The translations under genes and the position numbers were made by a program. This document shows, piece after piece, positions 1 to 11,384 of a DNA stretch of 64,000 bases (its first letter is position 1; each line of letters opens with the position of its first letter). The notes below the pieces were generated by a model. The model saw only the letters and a program-made list of their open reading frames with translations, searched no databases and was not told the DNA's origin. Origin of the DNA: Ylistrum balloti. Lineage: Eukaryota. Location of the stretch: contig NW_026782535.1 in assembly GCF_031769215.1 (NCBI RefSeq), positions 1 to 64,000 of the forward strand, in the 5' to 3' direction.

Positions 1-60
1 AAGTATGTGCTGTGCTGTGCTTTTCATCACGAACGAATGTGGTTTAAATATATATACACG

Positions 61-172
61 TGTAGCGGAATTTGACGAGGTCGATCCTCAGCGACCAGTT
101 AGCTTAGTAGGTAGAGCATCCGTCTAGAGTTCGAACCCCGGTCTGGCTGCGCATTTCCCCGCTCCTGTTACA
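61..172 (+). mobile_element. Solo-LTR-like element containing a tRNA-derived Pol III promoter (Helenus-type TRIM candidate)
   Basis: The 112-bp unit starts TGTAGCGG and ends CCTGTTACA (TG...CA, short inverted termini). It contains an A-box-like TAGCTTAGTAGG (~100-111) and a B-box GTTCGAACC (129-137). The flanking 4-mers CACG (57-60) and CATG (173-176) form an imperfect TSD. It is too short and internally deleted to be a functional tRNA. Confidence 0.6.
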
Positions 173-190
173 CATGTTTGTCTTATGTCA

Positions 191-1502
191 CACAGGCACT
201 CGAGGCCAGGATATTATTTTTTAAACATTGATTTTTGTTTTAGCACTCATAACTGACGTTATTTAAACGAAATATCAGCAGAATTCAAGTTTATGTGCCG
301 GTTGACAAATCCGAGGTCCACGGTCATTAAAAATACACAAGGCAAGCAACTCCAGATTTTAAAAAATCGACCCCTCGCTTGGAAACTGGCTCAAAAAAGT
401 AGTTATGATAAGTTCCTTGTAAAACAATATGTATCCGTAGGTAGTGTGTATATTTACCTTTTATTTGGTGCATAACATTACAGGCAACGAGAAATTCACA
501 ATACGTACATGAGATTAACATCTCAATAACCGGAGATTTTATCGTCCATGTAATTATCTTTGACGGAAGTAACATGCCATTTCAAGGGCGGTCACTCCGA
601 CTTTTTGGGAGAGGAGTTCCGGATAGCACTATACCAGTGAACAGGTAAGAAAGGCTCCGATGTCATTACGCGCGTAACTTCAAAATAGATATTTTTATTT
701 CTACAAATACATTTGCGGGGATGGAAAAATAATGGCTGGGCAAAGAAAGTCCACATTTGCCAACTCGGATACAATATCATGGTAAGGGATTATACAGAAT
801 GCATCAACTTTCAATCAAGCTGGCGGTAATGAGAATTTTTTTTTCAAAAAAAAAAATAATAAGAAAAAAATCATGCAGATAATGAAAAAAAGGGCGCAAT
901 TTATGAAAAATATCGTGGGGGAAATATATTAACTTAGAAATTGGAAATTAAATGATTTTTTCCATAGTGATTTTTGTCAAGTTATTGAGAATATTTAAAA
1001 TATCTATTTTGAAGTTACGCGCGTAATGACATCGGAACCTTTCTTACCTGTTCACTGGTATAGTGCTATCCGGAACTCCTCTCCCAAAAAGTCGGAGTGA
1101 CCGCCCTTGAAATGGCATGTTACTTCCGTCAAAGATAATTACATGGACGATAAAATCTCCGGTTATTGAGATGTTAATCTCATGTACGTATTGTGAATTT
1201 CTCGTTGCCTGTAATGTTATGCACCAAATAAAAGGTAAATATACACACTACCTACGGATACATATTGTTTTACAAGGAACTTATCATAACTACTTTTTTT
1301 GAGCCAGTTTCCAAGCGAGGGGTCGATTTTTTAAAATCTGGAGTTGCTTGCCTTGTGTATTTTTAATGACCGTGGACCTCGGATTTGTCAACCGGCACAT
1401 AAACTTGAATTCTGCTGATATTTCGTTTAAATAACGTCAGTCATGAGTGCTAAAACAAAAATCAATGTTTAAAAAATAATATCCTGGCCTCGAGTGCCTG
1501 TG
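191..1502. mobile_element. Non-autonomous foldback DNA transposon with ~505-bp terminal inverted repeats; termini and TSD fit the P superfamily
   Basis: It begins CACAGGCACTCGAGGCCAGG and ends CCTGGCCTCGAGTGCCTGTG. The arms ~191-695 and ~997-1502 are near-perfect reverse complements (ORFs 327..575- and 1117..1302+ translate identically). There is a perfect 8-bp TSD TTATGTCA at 183-190 and 1503-1510. The CACAG terminus matches the CANRG consensus of P elements. No transposase is present. Confidence 0.85.
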
Positions 1503-1754
1503 TTATGTCACACATGACTGCCTTTAAGATTTGAATCTTTCAAGTGTTAACACTAAGGTCTGACAGGACAACAGATCAGTATATCACTTCCACGTGTATG
1601 TAAATATTGTCAATCATTCATTACCATGACACTTATATGATATATATTGCAAAGACTTCAAGACACGAAGAAATTTGATTGAAACCTGTGGTAAGTTGGT
1701 GTCCTAGGTAAAAGATGTTAAGCTTACGTAATAATCTTTCTCCTTGGGTTGTAG

Positions 1755-2431
1755 TCCACCTATATCTCACCTCCAAAGGGATAAAGGATTCAATTAGGTC
1801 GGCTCGCAAGGGAGGTAAGTAGATATTCGGATTGAACTCAAGTCGTGTTCCACTCATTTGAAACAAAATACTTAAATCATGTCTCCTTTCCATATACATG
1901 TACTTTCCTCTGGCGTCTACATCATAAAGTTTGGAAGTTTTGGTCACTAGCTTTATGTAGTTCACTTCTTTATGTGTCAATTTTCGGTTATGGAAATGTA
2001 TTTAAGTCTCCGACTGTACATACAATGTGTGTTAAGTGGGCGAGTCTCTTACTGTCCTCTCCCACACATATTGTATTGGAGACTTACATACTGATATATC
2101 AAAACATGGCTATATATGATGTCCTCCGTTGTTATTTTTATACAAGAACCAGGCTTGTTATCTGTGACTGTCCTATATGTTACCTGTGACTGTCCTATAT
2201 GTTACCTGTGACTGTCCTATATGTTATATGTGACTGTCCTAAATGTTGCCGGTGGCTGTCCTATATGTTACATGTGTCTGTCCTATATGTTATATGTGAC
2301 TGTCCTAAATGTTGCCTGTGGCTGTCCTATATGTTACATGTGTCTGTCTTACAGCTGATTCACTTATCGGAGTCACTTATGAGACAGCTAAGTTTAGACG
2401 AGATATTCTTGATCTCTCTCTATTGTCCTAA
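1755..2431 (+). CDS. Possible last two coding exons of an unidentified gene entering from the left
   Basis: Exon 1755-1814 has a pyrimidine-rich ...TTGTAG acceptor and a consensus GAG|GTAAGT donor. Exon 2355-2431 has a ...TCTTACAG acceptor and a TAA stop. The two are phase-compatible and read HLYLTSKGIKDSIRSARKG-A-DSLIGVTYETAKFRRDILDLSLLS*. I do not recognise the family. Confidence 0.4.
2155..2350. repeat. ~21-bp minisatellite (CTGTGACTGTCCTATATGTTA-like)
   Basis: About 9 degenerate tandem units are visible directly. Confidence 0.85.
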
Positions 2432-2827
2432 TTTGGACACACAAAAACATCGTAAACTAAGTATACAAGAACATGGTCCCGTTTCAAAACTGCAGGATTT
2501 ATAAACACTTGTTTTACATACAGTTAAATTGATACACCATTTGTTTAACAGAATGAAAAAAAAGTACAAACAACACATGATGATGATGATGGACTTGTTT
2601 ATTCTGTATAAAAATGGGTGCAACTTTATAATCAAGTCCCTGAGGAACAAAAGTAAACATCAGTAATATTTGAGCTCTGGCTACAAGTACAATCGGAAAC
2701 CAGTTTTACTCTAAGTATGTATAAAACAACTGGATAACTTGTGAAATTGAAGAGCTGCATGGTATTGAGCAAATTGTTATAACGGGTTATTCATGCCTAT
2801 TTACTGAGGACCATCTTCACTACGTTA

Positions 2828-3985
2828 CTGTGTGTGACAGGAGACAAACTCATGTTCAGTAATAAGACCATACCTTTCCTGTGTGTGACAGGAGACAAAC
2901 TCATATTCAGTAATAAGCCCATACCTTTCCTGTGTCTGACAGGAGACAAACTTGTATTCAGTAATAAGACTATACCTTTCCTGTGTGTGACAGGAGACAA
3001 ACTCATATTCAGTAATAAGCCCATACCTTTCCTGTGTGCGACAGGAGACAAACTCATATTCAGTAATAAGCCCATACCTTTCCTGTGTGTGACAGAAGAC
3101 AAATACATATTCAGTAATAAGACCATACCTTTCCTGTGTGTGACAGGAGACAAATTTATATTCAGTAATAAGACTATACCTTTCCTGTGTGTGACAGGAG
3201 ACAAACTTGTATTCAGTAATAAGCCCATACCTTTCCTGTGTGTGACAGGAGACAAACTCATATTCAGTAATAAGCCTATACCATGCCTGTGTGTGAAAGG
3301 AGACAAACTCATATTCAGTAATAAGCCCATACCATGCCTGTGTGTGACAGGAGACAAACTCATATTCAGTAATAAGACCATACCTTTCCTGTGTGTGACA
3401 GGAGACAAACTCGTATTCAGTAATAAGACTATACCTTTCCTGTGTGTGACAGGAGACAAACTCATGTTCAGTTATAAGACCATGCTTTTCCTGTGTGTGA
3501 CAGAAGACAAACTCATATTCAGTAATAAGACCATACCTTTCCTGTGTGTGACAGGAGACAAACTCATATTCAGTAATAAGACTATACCTTTCCTGTGTGT
3601 GACAGGAGACAAACTTGTATTCAGTAATAAGACCATACCTTTGCTGTGTGTCACAGCAGACAAACTTATATTCAGTAATAAGCCTATACCGTTCCTGTGT
3701 GTGACAGGAGACAAACTCATATTCAGTAATAAGACTATACCTTTCCTGTGTGTGACAGAAGACAAATACATATTCAGTAATAAGACCATACCTTTCCTGT
3801 GTGTGACAGGAGACAAATTTATATTCAGTAATAAGCCCATACCTTTCCTGTGTGTGACAGGAGACAAACTTGTATTCAGTAATAAGACCATACCTTTCCT
3901 GTGTGTGACAGGAGACAAACTTGTATTCAGTAATAAGACTACCTTTCCTGTGTGTAACAAGAGACAAACTTATTTTGGTAATAAG
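2828..3985. repeat. 51-bp minisatellite, ~22 copies
   Basis: Unit TGTGTGTGACAGGAGACAAACTCATATTCAGTAATAAGACCATACCTTTCC. It produces 17-aa periodic ORFs on both strands. Confidence 0.95.
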
Positions 3986-4914
3986 TCTATCTCTTGTTAA
4001 TGTATTTGACAGGATATCATTCCATGTTTAGATAATAAGCCCATCCTGTATTACAACATACATGACCAAAGATAAATTAATTTCCAGTAATAAGACAATC
4101 CTTTGTTAACATAATACATTTGATATGAGATAAACCAAAGTCTGGCAATAAATGCCTTCTAGCTTTTCACTGTCTATGACAAGTAAACACAAATAATGCA
4201 CACAAGTTGGTTGATAAGTTCACCATCTTGTAAGTCATGTTTGGTAATAAGCCCACTTCCTTCTTACTCCATGTAAACGGAGATCAATCCTGTTGAGTAT
4301 TCGGTTTTATCATATAAGGCTGACTTTATATCTATTCATAGAATATAAAAAGTGAATATCCTTCATATAACAATGAAATCAAATCTAACATCTGGGACTT
4401 TGTACATATAAAATTTCATTAAACAGGAATAAGTGAATAAGTGAGAAACATGCTACTGAGTCTGTGACGTCTCTTCTGTCCCTAACCAGTTTCCCCAGGC
4501 CTGTTGAACGTGCCCATGGTACCGTCGGCCAAAGACACTGGATTCGTCTTGGGTTGTCGTCAGTAGTATGCTCATCGCCCTACATCATCAGCATGGTGCT
4601 CACCGTCATAGATATTTCGGGCCTTATCCATGTATATCTGAACAATGAACATCTTCAAATAATTCAATAACCATATACTTGAGATAAATGGGACATTAAA
4701 TATACTACATGTAGTGGTAGTCTTACTTAAGTCCCCATATTTCTTATGGAGGGGCATCAGCTTTATTTCAAGGACCTGATTAAACACCTGATTCATATAC
4801 TTTGTAAATAAAGATCAAATAAAGGAAACTGTACACCAAGCAAAATGACATCCTACAATCAGCAGTTAATTAACATACCCGATTATCAATCAAAATTTTG
4901 GAACAACAAAAGCA

Positions 4915-5330
4915 AACACCTACACATTCTTGCCACATTCATAATATATATATCTACCTACACATACTTACCACATTCATAATATATATATCTACCTACA
5001 CATACTTACCACATTCATAATATATATAATATATATATCTACCTACACATACTTACCACATTCATAATATATATATCTACCTACACATTCATAATATATA
5101 TATCTACCACATTCATAATATATATATCTACCTACACATTCTCACCACATTCATAATATATATATCTACCTACACATACTTACCACATTCATAATATATA
5201 TATCTACCTACACATACTTACCACATTCATAATATATATATCTACCTACACATACTTACCACATTCATAATATATATATCTACCTACACATACTTACCAC
5301 ATTCATAATATATATATCTACCTACACATT
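4915..5330. repeat. 38-bp minisatellite, ~11 copies
   Basis: Unit TACACATACTTACCACATTCATAATATATATATCTACC. Confidence 0.9.
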
Positions 5331-7556
5331 TGCACTTAATGCCTCTGAACAATTGATATCCTGATCAATATTATAATAGTATTCACAACATCTATGATAA
5401 AGTACCAAACAGCAAAAAATGACACTTCCTTATACTGCCACACTCATACAGCTTGTTAAACACACTACAACTATTAGATAATTATCATACACTTTCACTA
5501 TCTACACTAAACCATATTACACTGTCGCCATTACATATAGAACTGTGAATCTAAAACAGCATTGCCTCCAGTGACATCACATTTTTTAAAGGAGAGAACA
5601 GGGATTGGATAAAGTGCAGGTCTAAGGGATAGTGTCAAGAAGACATTTATGTCTGTTTGGTATACTGCCACTGCCAGACAGTAAAACTTTATTACACTGT
5701 TATACAGTAAAACCTTGTTATAATGCCAACACTGTGCAGTAAAACCTTGTTATTGCAGTAAAACCTATTTATATACAGCTACTGCCAACATTTTATTCTT
5801 AACTTCCATGACTAACATTTTCCAAAATGTATTATGATATAACAACAATAACTTAAACCAGAGCTTGATTTACTAGGATACTCCTAATACTGTAATAATT
5901 TAAGTTTCAATCAGACTGGGTATCACAAAACAGTTTCAGCAATATGCATAGCCCGTTTTACAAAGAAATTTGTAAGATATCAGGAAAACAGGACAATAAA
6001 GTCCCAGAATAAAATAAAAGCAATATGATATGGTTTACATCACCTGACAAACTAAAATTTCAGGTCAATTTCAATATCAGATCAAAAACTCTTTCAATCT
6101 ATTCAACTACAATATGTATTCACAATTATCAATTTTATTTACAACTTTTGTTATTTTGAAAAAGAAATTACAAAAATCATCTTTTTTCTCCGTTTCAAAT
6201 AAAAATAACACTAAATGCCTTACAAAATGAGGTATGAGAAAAAAATCTTAATTTTGTAAGAGTTTACAAAGGATAATGGCGACCTATCAGACATTCCTAT
6301 TTTTATCAGCTGGAAAAATACCCGGGTAGTACCAAAGTTACCAGGTGGGTGTGTCCTTCAGTGGGCCACTGTATGTGAATTTGGATACCTAAAAAGCTTA
6401 GGAATAACGAAATATATAAATAAAAGAGAAGGTGAAGTTCGATACTGAGTCCTTATTTAAACATTAAAAAAATAAATAGCATCCAGAATTACTGTACATC
6501 AAAACCTTACACATCAGCTTATAATCTACCTTTATTGCACCAACAAGCACGAGAGTTATATTTTTGAGAAAGTCTTGACATATACCATGTATTATGCAAG
6601 CTAGTGCCTTAGAATGCCTAAATACTGTGTTTCCTAACCTACCTATACATGTATATAGAAAGTTCTACCTCTAGTAATCTACAAAACAGGGTATATGTTA
6701 AGTTTTTCATCACCAGATCACTGATACTTGTTGATGAGAAAATCTAAAGGGACAGGAAAAATCAAGGAGACAAAAAACTTAAAGTGTAAGTAAAAAAAAT
6801 TCTGGGTTTTGCTCTGAAGTATTAAGCATTTCGCAGCAGCATTTAAGATAGACATGCTGACTGGCTTTGGGCTGGTTATGGCCTAACCTAGGATGGCATT
6901 CGGTCAAGTCCCAACTCCTGTAAATTACATCAGGAATTTGAAATATCACACATAAACAGTTACCTTAGGTCACAAATGACAAACTGACCTTATCTAAATA
7001 ATTGAAATCTAAATAATTGCAATCTGAATGTAATTTGCCCAGAGTCCATGAGTTTCACACTCAATATATCGAAACACTCTATCTATACTTGAAATATATC
7101 ATGACAAAATCAACGACTTGAAAATGATAAAGAGTTAGGTATTTTAGAATCTTCCTTACCCTTGATCTCTTTGAAGCAGAATAAAAGGAACCCCAGAGAA
7201 GAATTACTGAAAACTGATTGATTGCCTTTCATTCAGATGTAACTATTTATCCATTTTCATGCCATAAATACCTGCCTAGTAACTGTTCAGATTTTATACC
7301 AGAAAGCAATCATCAAATAACCCATCATTAGATTTCAATTCCGTCATGACATAATCTTAAGGCAATTAGTTTTGTTTTATAAAAGTAGAATCCTTTGAAT
7401 TTCAATGATATTGTAAATGTAAATCTAAATATATATATGTGTAGGTAACAGAACATGTAAAACAAAAAAATATTGGAAACATATCAATGTAACAATGAAA
7501 TAAGAATAAACACTACTGCAATCTTTTGCTTGTAGTTGCGATGATATGTACTGAAG

Positions 7557-10500
7557 CTACATGCGTTTCAGTTTTGATGTGTAGTTTTTTATACACAGGA
7601 GACAAGCTAGTCCGGTGTTTTCTGGTTCCATATTAATGCTTTGTATAATGCCATCTTCCACTACTAAAGAATATCTGAAATGAAAATGATGTTCAATTGT
7701 AAAATTTCAGAGACTGTATTAAAGACCCACAATGAATAGAGCCTTTTAAGGCAAATTTAGAGTTAGATACAGTAGAGTCAAACAATGAATTTAACTACAG
7801 TTATTTCAATGTTATTTGTTAAAAGAATTAGAAAATGATGCTAAAACATGAACGACTGAACTCTCTCTAAGTTAGTTGATGCTCTATAAACAGTGACTGT
7901 GACCGTCAAACAATGTCCCATCCTTGATATCGGGTCCCAGTTTTACGAATACTCCACAACTTAAGGAAATCTTAACTACCATAGAATAGTATAACATAAG
8001 TTTAGGAAAAATTCAAATTTAAGGTCTCCTACATCTCCCATCTCTCCATCAGATACCCAAGGCACTAATAAATGTTTAAAAAATGAAAGCAGAAACATTC
8101 ATACACATTCATAAAAAGTTTCATCAATTCTTACCGTTTAGATCTTGTATTTCCCATAACCTTTCGACAGTCAAGCTCCATATTTAGAGCCCTTGTGAAT
8201 TCTGCCTGAGTGTCAGCCAACATACGAATCTGAAAGGTTTTCAAAAGTTTGGTTGAAATCAGAAATACCAAGATTTCACCAGGTTTTCCTGTGTAAACAT
8301 GAAGCAGCATAAATTTATCAAATTTGATTTTTAAATTCTAGCAGGTATAAATATATTTGTTTCATGAATAGCACATCAATCTTCCAGGAATGTTGACTGG
8401 TTTGTTTTATTTTTATAGAGTTTAATGTTCTTTTAATAGCCAAGGTCATATGACCATGGGTGCCACTATCAACAGCACTTAGAGGAACATCAGAGATTAG
8501 AGAATAAAACACTGAGCTGACAGGAAACAATTTTCTTCTTGAAAAATAAGATTCCAAGTGTTAAAATGAAGGCAGAAGATCTACTTCAGGCTCTTCAATG
8601 TCCTGTTGGTATCAGGTAGAATGATATCTAATGTTACAATTATAAAGTCAACAATTGGATCATGGCATCTCTATAACTATGAATGTCATAAGATTTTGCC
8701 AGAATTATACATTGGCATAATCATACAAAAAAATACAAAGATTTAAACTGTTACCTTTCCTTCAGCCTTAACATGTTTTCCCCAAGCGGACATGACAAAT
8801 GGGTCATTGACAGCTACACAGCATATCAGGTCATAACCTTCATTCTGTACAACAAGTAAAGCTAGGTTTGGCACAAAACAGAAAACCAGTTACTCACTTA
8901 AATACAAGATAATATTGAAAAGTAAGACACAAAAATGTAGACTGGCTTTTTCTATCTTTTCTTACTGACTGGAATATTTATTGAAACATCTTTCAGATAT
9001 ACTAACAAGATATCGAGATTCTTTACAGGGTATTATCATAGATTTTTTTCCTGGTTATGCCCCATGTTCAGTCATCAGATCAAGTTACAAATGCTTTTTT
9101 ATTGAAGTCTTGCATGTTCTTAATCTTTTATTTAATTCATTTTCAACCAAAGAGAAATGAAACAAGCATACATACTTTAAATTTTTCATAATGGTCAAGG
9201 TAGTCTGGGAGATGAACCTAAGGAGAAAATAACAACATTGTATGATCAATGTTACAAACATTTCAAGAAAAATAAATCCTTATATTCTGCCACATACACA
9301 TTACTTTCTTGTATAACATGAAATACTTATTGTGCACAAACTTCTTCTGTTTGCATTCATGACTGTAGATCTAAATAGATCTAGATCAAATACAATAACT
9401 ATAAACTAATCTCTTTGGTCTTAACCCAACTCAAAGTCCTCACACATCATTATATATTCTACATTGGCATCAAAACCATTTGTAAGCTGGAATTTTTGAA
9501 AATTACATTTTGTCTCCTAAGAAATTTCTTTGATATGATTCTTGAAAATGCTGCCAAGGTTCACGAGGACAGGCACAATGTATACAATACGGGAATATCA
9601 ACAGAAGAAAAGCTTTGACAAGTATACTTGTTGCAGCAGCTAGATGACTAACTCACTGAACATCTTGAGGGAGGACCACAGCAAGTAAGATTATCCAGAG
9701 CACTTGGGATAAATCAAAGTGTCATGCTAAAGGAAGTGCCAAAAGACAGGACAGTACGATTTAACCCCTCAGAAACACAAACTGCCTAAAACTTGGTGGG
9801 ATCATGGACTTAGATGTGCTGAACCATGCAAGCATACATCTTAGACCTTACATTTACTGAGGTTTTTAAAATTTTCTTCATGTAACCATGTCCAAAAGGT
9901 TCTAAATATATACAATTGTATCCACAGTTTCATTTTTTTGTCTTTGTACATGCTATCCAGTGTTGTACCCTACATTTTGTAGCTACATACAGATGTACAT
10001 GTAATTGTATAGCGCTCTTAAATACATTTGTCTTGCAAATACATATACCTCTGTACATCCCGGGGTGAAGGCGCCGACCACAGAAAATAGCACTCCTTTC
10101 TTCCCCTTGAATGCGTCTCTGATGTTTACAGCATTATCAGGAGTATCCTCATACAGGTTTACTGAAGGAATTTCATTTCCAATCTGAAAGGAGAAAATAA
10201 ACGTGATATGTCCATATCTGAAACACGAAAAACACTCTCCAGTAAATGATGCGTGGTAATCAATACTTGTGCAGTAGCTCACCTTACTTTTACCACAAAT
10301 TGATATCATTTTAAGATCGAAACCATCGGCAAATGCATTAAACTCAAACGATGTTACAACCTTCCAAGACTAGCCGAGATCCGTCAAAACTGGTGTCGAC
10401 ACAGTCAATCTTTGTTCAGTGTCAGCTTTTACGTTGACATGATAAACTTTCAAATTACTCATTTAATTCTACCTTAAGTGATCTTGTTTGTCCAGTAATA

Positions 10501-10568
10501 ATTCCAGCTGAAAGGTGTCTTGAGAGTAAATTGCTTTTGTTAACAACACATCGAGCAATCAAAGACAT
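7557..10568 (-). CDS. PRDX5: Peroxiredoxin-5-like (atypical 2-Cys Prx), 191 aa, with N-terminal mitochondrial-type leader
   Basis: Six GT-AG exons in consistent phase: 10473-10568 ([32 protein letters not shown]), 10049-10183 ([12 protein letters not shown]...[16 protein letters not shown]), 9176-9217 ([14 protein letters not shown]), 8755-8844 ([30 protein letters not shown]), 8135-8229 ([31 protein letters not shown]) and 7557-7674 ([39 protein letters not shown]). The GAFTPGC, VNDPFVM.AWG and LAD motifs are typical of Prx5. It may be a paralog rather than the ortholog. Confidence 0.92.
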
Positions 10569-11318
10569 CGTGCATAAAGCACTTAATTGATCACGATTGT
10601 CCAAAGAGACGCTTGACTTTCTTTTTCTAAAAATAGATACCTAATGTGAATAAGTAGAATAGTTTCGACGCTCACCAATCACAAAAATGAAAGACGTTTG
10701 ATATTTTTCGACAATTATTGTTTTTGCATTAAATATTCTAGAAAACACAGTTACCTTCACTCTAATTTGATAAACCGCTTAATGATTTCATATAAAAAAT
10801 AGTCCATATCCATCTCAAACAAAGTAAATCACATCATCTTTAATTTACATATACAAAGTTTACATTAAAGTGTTACTTTTTCATTTTAGAAATCAATGTC
10901 ACTACGAAGTATCCATGCTTGTTCATTATCTCATTAAGACATTGCCCACCACTATGAGCATAATGAGCATGCTTATTATGTCCTGTGTCTGTATGGTTAA
11001 CAGTGCAACTTGCAACTAGTTGTTACTTATAAGTGTTGATGCAATGACCAATTATGTGTATCTATAACAGCCAAATGTGCATCATTTATCACAGTACATT
11101 CGTTTTAAGGCAATACTTATTTCATATAGTACTGGATACCAGCCTCAGTAGCTTATAAAATACTGCATGTGTAAATGTATACATTCTTCCTAACAGCCAC
11201 CATGATCTATGTGTAGTCTCTCAAATACCTGGTATACATCAGTTCTATTCCTGTGGTTTAAAAGCATTTATATCAAGCTTGTCTCCTTGTTTTGTCCACA
11301 AGGTGTCACACATGGCAC

Positions 11319-11384
11319 CTTCAATTTTACCATGAGATGTTTCAGGGGTGCAAAGAGCAAAAGTGATTGTAACCCTTGGAATAT
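11319..11384 (+). mobile_element. Terminal fragment of a dispersed MITE-like family
   Basis: CTTCAATTTTACCATGAGATGTTTCAGGGGTGCAAAGAGCAAAAGTGATTGTAACCCTTGGAATAT aligns by eye with 31003-31068 (+), 15103-15157 (-) and the 54-bp unit at 26687-27166 (-). Confidence 0.6.

Noticed and set aside
91-150. Functional tRNA gene
   Set aside because: The anticodon arm region is deleted and it sits within TG...CA termini, so it is tRNA-derived repeat DNA.
2797-4000. 222-388-aa ORFs on both strands
   Set aside because: They are artefacts of a 51-bp unit divisible by three. They are open in several frames at once with no non-repetitive protein context.
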